A stretch of DNA of 64,000 nucleotides from Octopus sinensis (lineage: Eukaryota). The DNA is taken from the NCBI RefSeq assembly GCF_006345805.1, contig NC_043001.1, positions 7,936,001 through 8,000,000 on the forward strand, read 5' to 3'. Shown piece after piece: positions 53,191 through 64,000 of this stretch (position 1 is the stretch's first letter; each line of letters begins with the position of its first letter). Both the position numbers and the translations under genes were made by a program. The notes below the pieces were generated by a model that saw only the letters and a program-made list of their open reading frames with translations, was not told the origin of the DNA and made no database searches.

Positions 53191-53414
53191 ATTGTTGTGA
53201 TTATTAATATTAATCTCTCTTTATTGTTATTTAATGATCACTTTATGAAACAGTCTTATTCTTCAATACGTTGAATAAAAATCTAGCTTCGATTTCGTAT
53301 TAAGGATTATATACGGACCTATATACATGTACGGGCATAAGGGTGTGTGTGTGTGTATTCTTTGCATGTACCACGTCCTAGCGTTGATGTTTTTCTTTTG
53401 TATTTTTCTTCGTT
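53191..53414. repeat. Diverged direct duplication (partner 54492-54710)
   Basis: attgttgtgattattaatattaat...ctttgcatgtaccac...ttcttcgtt shared, roughly 75% by eye. Confidence 0.8.
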
Positions 53415-53753
53415 ATATATATATATATATATATATATACAGAGAGAGAGAGAGAGAAACAGAGAGAGAGAGGAAGAGAGAGAAAGAGAGAGATATATAG
53501 ATATACACACATACATATAAATACATACATACACCCATATACATATGCACACAGTTATAAATATAACCATAAATTCACAATGCATTTCCATTTGGTATGT
53601 GTCATTCTAATGCGGGGGCAATAAAAACTAACTTCTGGTAACTTTAGTACAGACAAGTTTCTAAGCATCACTCTTCCAAAGTCAAAGCAGGAATATTATA
53701 TACGGGGTTTCTAATCAATAAACATGTGACTTTAGCCTAAGTGGAACTATTTT

Positions 53754-53789
<36 letters not shown>

Positions 53790-54271
53790 GCACATTAGTA
53801 ATATTAACAGGAACGAAATAATGAAACTTATACAAGATTCTCAAATTCAGCAAAGATATACGATATCTCCTCCAACTCTCAAATATTGAAATTAAAGCAT
53901 TTCAGTTGTAGATTTTTTCATCGACACAGGAAGAAAGAAATTCAAACATAACATCGGTGAGACATCAGCCTGAACTGCAGGGAGTCGACGCAAAATTCTT
54001 GTAGCGTATTACCTATCATTGTAAACACTTCTACCGTTAACTATAAAATTATAAAGAAAAGAGATTATTATATCTTATTCAATCGACAACAATACGCATA
54101 CACTTTGCTATATAAATGGGCCCAGTAAGAATCTGATGTCTAGAATGCATTTTTAGTAAAATCTTCAAGTGAGGTGGATTTGTTGATAGTCAGAATGAAA
54201 GACATAAATTATTATCAAGTCAATGCGCTGACCTAGTTTTATATATTGTATATATATATATATATATATAT

Positions 54272-54308
<37 letters not shown>

Positions 54309-54436
54309 GCAAGCTAATACTATTGAGCTATTAACGATTGTGTAAAAGTCATGAGCGACATTATTCTCCATTTTCCTGTTCCATATAACAATGCCATTTT
54401 ATGTGTCTTTGAATAAAGAAATTACTACTACTATGT

Positions 54437-54472
<36 letters not shown>

Positions 54473-54718
54473 TTGCGTTTTGACATATCGCATTGTTGTG
54501 ATTATTAATATTAATGCCACATTATTGTTATTCAATGTTCAGTTTATAAAACAGTCGCATTCCCCAATACGTTGACTATGAAGCTAGTTACAATTTCGTA
54601 TGCAACTTTATATACAGCCCTATATGCATGTACGTGCACAAGTGTATGTGTGTACTTTGCATGTACCACATCCTCACGTTGCTGTTTTTTCTTGTGTAGT
54701 ATTCTTCGTTTTGGGGAT

Positions 54719-54750
<32 letters not shown>

Positions 54751-55151
54751 CATGTGTAGACATACATGCACACACACATAAACATATGTAAACAGATATA
54801 CATATAGCCCTAAAATGCACAATGTTTTCACCTATGTCTCTGTATCTCTCGATACTAATAACATGTATAGTCAATTTTCTACCTCGTGATCGTCGTATCA
54901 GACTAATCCTCTCATGTGTGAGATTTATTTTAGTCTTTTGGCCTTTTACTGCAAATATTGCCTATCTATTTCTTTGCTATCATCTGCTCATAATAATTTC
55001 TGTTCATTTTTTAACTCTTCGTCTACTTTTATATCGCAGCATATCACCTATTCAAAGTTCTGCTTTTTCGTTATTATGCACACAGGACCTACTTCTATCA
55101 CAGTCATCATAATCTAACGTTACTAGAGAACGTATCCATATAGATGTAAAA

Positions 55152-55292
55152 TTTTAGCAGAAGGCCAGCAATTTGAGGGAGTGGTTTAAATCGATTGCAT
55201 CGACCCGCATACATAACTGAAACTTATTGTAGTCGACAAAATGCCGCCAACCATTCCGTCTGGCGTGCTAACTATTGTGTCAGCTCGCCGCA
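55152..55292 (-). mobile_element. SINE family C, highly degenerate
   Basis: atcgacccgc...gtcgac...gtgctaac...cagctcgccgc. Confidence 0.55.
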
Positions 55293-55565
55293 TTAGAACG
55301 TAGCAATATGGCAAGTCAATTGTTTATGACATAATTGTTCTTGTAAATGTCGTGAATTTTAATATTATTATCCGTCAACGAAGCAATTCTATGTTTTGCC
55401 ATATATTACACACTAACTTATAATAATGTAAGGATCTTGCTTTCCAACCCTATGGTTCCGGTCTCCGTCAAATTGCCTAGCAAAGCCGCCGATAGACTAA
55501 AGTCGTGTGAGTGGATTTGATAGTTATCGACTGTAACAAGCCCATCGTATATACATGTAGTTTCT

Positions 55566-56109
55566 TTTAAACAACTGCAAGATCTGTTACAAATGTGATT
55601 CCAATTCTACATAGTCTGTGAATGATTATTGACAACGTCATCGGCTTTGATTAGATACGGCGTATCACTTACCGACAGCAATACGGTAGACTGAAAAGGA
55701 TTTGGAGGCGATTTCAGTGACAATTACATTGCTATTAAATTCTCATTGTATTATATTGACTCTTCCTCCTTCATAATGGTTTTTGGTTTCAGTGAGTTTG
55801 ACGACATACAGTAGATATAAATTGTCATTATAAATATATTTCGACTCGTGGTAATTTGAAACGTCTATACTAAAAGAAACAACAAAAAACTGAAAAGGCT
55901 TAGCCTCAATATTTAATTGATCCTCGATTCAAACATTTCGAACACACGATATATTTCTTCTCTGAAATTCAAATCATGGTTCAAATATCCTTTTAGTAAA
56001 ATATATTTGACAATTCTTTGGAATTTGATATTTTAATTGTAAAATTCGAGATGTTAATAACCAGGTTCTTACAAAGATATTCACTGAAACATTATGATTG
56101 TAATTAATA
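55566..56109. repeat. Composite duplicated block (direct copy of 51853-51950 + inverted copy of 52686-53120)
   Basis: Two donor segments abut at ~55661-55667. Confidence 0.8.
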
Positions 56110-56119
56110 TACATATATA

Positions 56120-56325
56120 TAATGTGTGTGTGTGTGTGTGTGTGTGTCTTGTGTTTCTTCTTGTTCACCACCACCGATTGACAACCGTCGCTGCTGTGTT
56201 TACGCCCCCGTAAATAGCAGGCTTAAGATGTTAATAATGCCGTCGATTCATTCGACTACAAATCTTTCAAGGATCTACCGCGGCATGACTGCAGTCTAAT
56301 GACTGAAACGAGTAAACGTAAAAGA
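56120..56325 (+). mobile_element. SINE family B 3' half, degenerate
   Basis: ttgacaaccg...gtgtttacgcccccgta...gcagtctaatgactgaaacgagtaaa. Confidence 0.7.
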
Positions 56326-58124
56326 ATAACGTGACGGAAATTATGTGAAGCAAAAAGATTGCTTATACGAATATAAAAATGGATATAAAAAAATATTTCA
56401 TATCATTAAGGAATAATACACGATGCACGAAATATATCCATCATAATAATATCAGAATCATTTTACGCCAATGTCGTTGAGAAGAGTGTTCAGTTATATG
56501 TAGTTATCACATTTCTTTTCTTATTGCTTGCCATTTTTAGTCTTTATTAACAGAAGGATTGCGTTTACTCGTTCTAGTAGAGATATTTCTTTATTTAGGA
56601 GACAAGGAAACTTGAAGGCTTATATTCAAATATTATACATCATTGATGAGTTTCTTGTTGATAGCAGAGAAAAGCATATGAGCATGATTAACTTCCAGAA
56701 AAAATGTCAAAAATAGAAATCGCTTGTTTTTTTCTCTCGATATTATTGCCTGTAGCTATAAGAGGTTTTGAACACAGCAATACAAACATATATGTAGAAG
56801 AATATGATCACGTTCCAGTTGTTGCTGTTTGTTATCTCCGTGTCAGTTCTAATCAAATGTACCTGTGATACAAACAGAACTGAACCACAGCTCCGTTTAC
56901 ACAACGCACTTACACAAATGGAAAACCAAACAGAAACACAGAGGCGCATGCATAAACACAGGCATATAACCATATATATATATATATATCGCATCATATT
57001 TCGGATCCGATTTTCAAACGTCATTTTCATTTACGACAATAGTCTGTTATTTGAGATAACTCTTGTTTACATTTGCAAGATGGCTAAACGACATTATACC
57101 ACTTTGCATAATGTTTCGCCATTGGGTCGATGGTGCATTTGTAGTTAGTTCCCATATGTTGCATGCGTAAGATGTTTCTTTTGACATTATTTAAACTGAT
57201 ATTGTTTCGGGAAATATTTAAAAAAATAATATTAACATGGCAAAAGTAAAACATATTGTCAATCCGAATATGTTTTCATTGCGTTAATATTAACAAATAA
57301 TATCGAATAAACGAAGAAGACAAAGGAAGAAACGCAACTTAAAATATGATATATTCCCTAAAAGAAGTAAAGAAAATTCGATAAAATGTAAAATTTATTT
57401 CATACGTGACAATTACAGTTTGCTATTAAGAAGTATTGAGGAGGCAGATATCATATCATTCTAAAGTAAAATAATGGAAATGATTAAAATTTGTGGAATG
57501 GAGAAGCAACAGACTTGGGTTTCATATTACACAGTGTAATCAAATATTTGGTTCGGTTGGGGTTCTATGTATTAATGTTAATCCTGGCTCAACGAAGCAA
57601 CCTACGTACTAAAAGCATGCATACATAAGCAATATGCAAGTGTATGTATAAAAACGATACCTTTTGTGACAGATTATCGGTTCGTAAGAGGGATTGTAAA
57701 GCATTGATTCTTAGTTCGGTTTCAACTGTCACATCGCAGGCCATGCTTCAATTAAAATATTATCATTTCCATTTGAACTCATTCAGTTCCTTTTGATCTT
57801 TTTCTAATCTTATTTACATGCAGTTACTGACGGTGTTAGCTTTACAACGAACTATATCTAAGGACGAGATGACAGCATAAATTCCTTTCTGGAATTATAC
57901 TGCACCCGTCTTCTACTTTGGTATTTTGATAACTTTGCCACGAACAAACTCTAGTTAATTTACCTATATGTGCGTATCTACATACACACATACATACATA
58001 CATGCATATATATATATATATGTGTGTGTGTGTGCATAATATACATATATATGTATATCTATATATCTATCTATGCATCTATCTATATATCTATCTATGT
58101 ATCTATCTATATATCTAAATATCG

Positions 58125-58179
<55 letters not shown>

Positions 58180-58788
58180 ATATGTATATATATATGAATT
58201 TTTTGCGTAATGAGATAAAAAACCAAGGCTGTATAGATATTAGAGTATTTATAGATAGAAGGTCTTACAGCTGTTTTTAGAATATTAATTAATAATATCC
58301 CTTCCTCGGAGATGGTGTGAGAGGAAAAATGAAGTCATAGTTAGTTTCCATGTGATATAGAGAGTGAGGTGGAGGAAAGAAAACATATGTAAGATATGTA
58401 TGGTTATTGAGTTCATACATCCGTTTTATAGGCATAATGGTATATATGTGTATTATTCCAATATCCGTTGAGTAAAATCTAAATGTCCCACAGAGTTTAA
58501 TATGAGTCCATCCAAATGTAAAATTTATAAGCAACGTAAGATTCTCTTAAAGTTGGTCATTCCCAGTAGGGAATTTATATAGAATGTAGCAGATTCGAGG
58601 TTTGTGTTTAAACTGACCTAGAAATATGGAGTGTATTAGTTTGGTCAAATTGAAAACAAGAAGAAATGAATGACAAAGAAAAAAAGAGAGAGATAAAAAG
58701 GAGAGAAGGAAAGAATTAAAGAGAAAGAAGAAAGAAGATTAGTAAAAACAAAAATAAAGAATAAAATCCCTGAAGGTAAGATTACAGA

Positions 58789-58926
<138 letters not shown>

Positions 58927-59509
58927 TTTAGTGAAGACATATATGCTTTTATGTGTTACTATTAGTTGCATTTGCTGAGAAAATGCCAGACATTTTCAGA
59001 TCTAGCAACTATAACTTAATGTTGAACACTATATCCGAAATTTTCAGCGATTATACGCATATGTCAAATTTCTGTTCAAGAACTGAGAAGTAACTCACCC
59101 ACCGGATTGAGTAACTCTAGGCTTTTAGCCAGAACATTTTCAGCATTATGATTTATGGTCTACGGATAATGAATTTTATTTCCCTTGTACATCTTTCTGA
59201 TTACTTTTCGTTTTCAGATGCTTCAACCTTCCACTTTTGATATATTGTCCTCCTCGCCTTGTTTCGCTTTTTATCGCATTCCATTCTTAGTTTGTTATGC
59301 CATGTGGGCAGTGACTGATGTGTGCTGGTACACTGGGCGTTTTATAAAACAATGTTTGGCATTTTCTCAGGATATGAAAATAATAGTAGCACATATATTG
59401 TTCTTATAAAATAATATCTATCTCTCACCAGATGTTTTTGATGATTCTACCACTACGGAAGAGAACATTATACATACATAAATTCATACATACATGCATC
59501 TCTCTCTCA

Positions 59510-59878
<369 letters not shown>

Positions 59879-59948
59879 TATATATATATAATATATATAT
59901 ATATATAATATATATATATATATGTATATATATATAATATATATACAC

Positions 59949-59980
<32 letters not shown>

Positions 59981-60091
59981 GGGGAGAATTCACAAAAAGA
60001 AACAGAAGAGGAAGACCTGCGGTGTAGAAAACAAACAGATGTATTAGTATAACGCTCGGGGAGTGAAAAAGTCTTTAAAGTTTCGAGCCTA
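59981..60091 (-). mobile_element. Family P4 repeat truncated inside the HHR
   Basis: Minus strand starts at UAGGCUC-GAAA-CUUU, the 3' half of the motif only. Confidence 0.65.
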
Positions 60092-60202
60092 TACATATGT
60101 ATAAGATTATGTGTTGTGCACATAATATTACTCCCTCCATCAAATCGACATCACCTGTACAGGTGCATCGTGTGTCATATGTCGGAAGATGAAATTATCG
60201 CA

Positions 60203-60305
60203 GAGCAACGTGAAATGAAGTCCTTTGTTTAAGACCACAACGCCAAGCCTGTCTGGGAATCGAACCCACGCTCTTGCAATCATAACTAAAACACACCAAC
60301 CACTT
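60203..60305 (-). mobile_element. SINE head-2 fragment
   Basis: gcaacgtgaaatgaagt...gggaatcgaacccac...aaccacttag. Confidence 0.6.
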
Positions 60306-61932
60306 AGTCAGAAAATATTTCTAATTTTTCCGTTCTACAAACTACATGACACAGGTGAGGTTGGAAGAAAGATAACAGACATACGTTTTACTAAAATGTT
60401 CAAACCTGTTCTGAACGGAAATAATAATAATAAATTAGCAACCAGCTAATGATATGGCTTACAAATACCTTCAATAGATGAATATAAACGAATTACTCAA
60501 GGCTCCCGCCAACTGGAATAAAAACGATCAAAACCAACTAAGTTTGTTCACTTATAAAACCATTAATTATAAACCACAGACTAATTAGTTAAAATAAAGA
60601 CGGGACCTTTGCCTGTTATATCGGTGCTCCCGGTTACCCCGTGACGATTAAGCAGCATGAGGTTGTGTCAAAACCGTATTCGAAAAATTCAGCTTCTTGG
60701 AGTCATGTATGACGTACGAAATGGAAGAAGTCAGTCGTCTTAGTACGGTTTTCAAGAACTCAACTGTCTGTGAAATACATTTTGAAATCTCATGATTACT
60801 ACGAATGTATGAAAGCGCTAATTGAACTCTATGAACATTACAACACATCTTTTTAATGATTAACAGATCGGCAATAAATTACAATGACAACAAGCGTGAT
60901 AAATAGACCGTGTTTTAAATGTATTCATCTGATATATTACGCTACACACATTTACACAAATTCGGAATATATACATTCATTATTCTTTTCATTATTTCTT
61001 GTATCCAATGTGCATTTTCTCTTTTCCTCTATATATTTATATATATATATATAGACAGAGAGAGACAGTTAATGTTTGTTCGTATGTTCAGTTATAATAA
61101 AAACAATTTTACCTTAGTCTGATGGGTTACTGCATACTTTTGTAGAGTACAACCATTTTTTTAATTCTTAAACAAGAATATTATATATCTTAAAAAAGTG
61201 AGAAGATGCGTAGAGAGATAATCATGAGAAACAGAAAAACAATAGGTATTTTTTAAAACTAAGCATCTGTCAGTTTCACACATTGAAATTAGGTTACCGC
61301 AGAATATACTGCATTACATGTCTTTTCGGGAAACTGCTGAAGATTTGGCAAATAATGTCTAAAATGCGTTATGCTTAACTGACAGAATACTCGACAGAAT
61401 AATAACAATAAAAAATACCATCATCAAAAACGAAGTAGGCAGCACCAGAATTATGATCTTGTAACAATTATCCAAAGCTTCCTGTTTATTTTTAGATGTA
61501 TCTTAAATTATCAACTCCAGTGTATATTCGCATCAATATATAGTATATTAGTTTAAATGGCGCATCTGAAAATGGTATGAATCTTTTATTCATTGTTCAG
61601 AATATATTTATTTTACCTGGTTTTACATTTTTATCCGTTTGTTACTTATGTTAAACACAGTAATATTTCAAATAATGTAAAACGAAGAAGCAACGCTGTT
61701 TGAATAACACTCAATAATATGCCAGTCTTTCTGGCGCTATTAACGCAATATTTAGTAGTGTTGTGCATGCGCTCGGACGGACACACAAACACATAAAAGC
61801 ACATATACATACACACATCCGCACATATTTATATATGTATGTGTGTATCCTTTACGTCTATAGACAGATATATAGATATAGATAGACAGATGATAGATAG
61901 ACAGATATATATAGATAGACAGATGATGATAG

Positions 61933-61965
<33 letters not shown>

Positions 61966-62014
61966 TAGAGAGATAGAGAGAGAGAGAGAGATAGAGAGTT
62001 AGATAGATCTATAG

Positions 62015-62136
62015 TTTAATGTTAGCTGCCACGTTTTACTTGACACAATATTATTCCTTAATGATATTTTCCCCTCTTCAGTTAATTTATGTATATCTTG
62101 TTTCTAGTAGGCTTGAGAGATGCACATTGTTGAAGT
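62015..62136. repeat. Diverged direct duplication (partner 63437-63556)
   Basis: ccacgttttacttgacaca...ccttaatgatatttt...ctagtag shared. Confidence 0.85.
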
Positions 62137-62618
62137 AAGATAGATAGATAGACAGATATATATATATAGATAGATAGATAGATTGATAGATAGGAAGATG
62201 GACTGACAGACAGTTACAGAGAGAAGTAAGGAGAAATAGTGAAATAAATAAGAGACATGTATGTATGTATGGTGTAAGGTGCGTGTGACCGTTTGCGTGC
62301 TTCTGTCTTTGACTGCATATAGTTGGAAATGTATATTCACAGCCTTATGTAGGAATATATTTCCAAGTAACATAATTTATAGAAGAAAATATTGCACTTC
62401 CTCGCAGAAATGATAATGTTGCTGGTCATATAGCATCTCATCATTCTGTACTTTATTTGTATCTGCCTTTTATTCATATACTTCATGTTTCATTTAGTTT
62501 CTGTACGTTACTCAATGACAATAGACATTTATTTACATTCTTTCATTTTATATCTCTTATACGATCACACACACAAATGTGTATACACAAACACACACAC
62601 ATGCGCTTCTATTCAATA

Positions 62619-62649
<31 letters not shown>

Positions 62650-62668
62650 ATATAATATATATATATAT

Positions 62669-62717
<49 letters not shown>

Positions 62718-62792
62718 TGTGTGTGTGTGTGTGTGTATGTATAAACAATAATAAATCCCTGACTGAGGTATAAACAGTAGCTGCAACACATC

Positions 62793-62864
62793 GTGAAGTA
62801 TATTTGCCACAGTAGCATCCACCCTTAGGGGTCTAGCCACATTTACGTGGCAAATATACTTCAC
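62793..62864. repeat. Isolated 18-bp perfect inverted repeat with 36-nt loop
   Basis: GTGAAGTATATTTGCCAC ... GTGGCAAATATACTTCAC. Confidence 0.9.
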
Positions 62865-62905
62865 TATATATATATTTTTGTATCTTTATATCTATACATC
62901 TATCT

Positions 62906-62972
<67 letters not shown>

Positions 62973-62975
<3 letters not shown>

Positions 62976-63154
62976 TGTTGGCCAGAAGTTACCTGACAGT
63001 AAATCAAAACTATTTAATACTTAGATTATAGGAAAAGATTATAACTCACAACATTCAATTATGAAACGTTCATAATTGGAATGAATAAATGAAATTAAAT
63101 ATTAAGTATTTATGGAATTTTGATTTACTTTCGGATAACTTTTGGCCAACCATG
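62973..63154. mobile_element. Tc1/mariner-type MITE (182 bp)
   Basis: ~39-bp TIRs CAGTGTTGGCCAGAAGTTACCTGACAGTAAATCAAAACT / rc CATGGTTGGCCAAAAGTTATCCGAAAGTAAATCAAAATT; TA on the left; central palindrome CAATTATGAA-ACG-TTCATAATTG. Confidence 0.8.
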
Positions 63155-64000
63155 TCTATAGGGATTGAGTTAGAGAATCTCTACAAAAGAGGAAACTAGT
63201 AATTATACCGAGAAGTAATATTTCTCGCCACTTTAACATGGCTTTTCCGTAGGAACCGACGTTTCTACTTTCATTAAGTGTGCTAAATGTTTTTCATTTT
63301 TTAATATAGTGTTACTATCAGGTTTTTCTTGGGACATTATGTAGTATAGCGCTGCCTTACCACATGATTTCCGTCGAATACATTCGCGGACGGAGTTTAG
63401 CAAGAACCTCGGTACACAAGCGTTTATGCTACATGGTTTAATATTAGCTTCCACGTTTTACTTGACACAGTATTAATCCTTAATGATATTTTCCTTGTTC
63501 AGTTAGTTTAAGTATAACTTGTTCCTAGTAGACTTGTGACATGAACATTGTGAAGTTAACGACATACTTGTTAGATAAATATAGTGCAGAATATGTTTGA
63601 ATCATATATCTTATGTTGTCCCGGAAGAATTTAATGCCATGAATAAAACTAATATATTTTAAGTAGTGTAAATGTGCTCCGTATATCAGTTATTCTCTGG
63701 TAAATGCTGTCGTTTGTTCTGTGGAAATTATAACTTCATTCAAATGCTTATTTCATAAATTTGTTATACTGGATTCCCTTTAATATTATAAAATTGCTTA
63801 AATCTATGCATTCCGTTATAAATAATGGCTTTGATCGATTGCATAGCCCACGTTTGTACATTCATCTGAATAAATCGTTTAAATACCATAATAACTCTGC
63901 TTTAGATAGCCACAGTTTGTCCACATTTCTCATATAAAAATCCATATCAAAATTCTCTGTTTCTTTGTAGACAAAATTCGTTATGCAAAACACTTTATGT

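Overview
This is a very AT-rich, microsatellite-dense eukaryotic non-coding window. Its SINE families and (TA)n/(GATA)n load point to a coleoid cephalopod, most likely Octopus (inferred from repeat content). I cannot support any host protein-coding exon; most long ORFs in the track are translated microsatellites. Recognisable content: many tRNA-headed SINEs (two with clear target-site duplications and one with a triplicated target), decayed CR1/L2-clade and RLE-type LINE fragments, a dead DD37D Tc1/mariner transposase, hAT and Tc1 MITEs, a possible solo LTR, and several local inverted or direct duplications. The main signal is a set of hammerhead ribozyme (HHR) motifs in non-coding, (TA)n-flanked, often palindromic insertions typical of Penelope-like elements or retrozymes. 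(1) Two tandem type I HHRs with a long stem II at 23019-23137 and 23799-23917 lie in a 472-nt terminally redundant unit preceded by a 134-135-bp fold-back. (2) A second long-stem-II HHR occurs on both strands of a 200-bp inverted repeat at 47075-47712. (3) Two families of minimal HHRs are present, one with a shared CUGUAGA core variant. (4) A tRNA-headed SINE ends in a degenerate HHR tail. All structures were folded by eye and none is experimentally tested.
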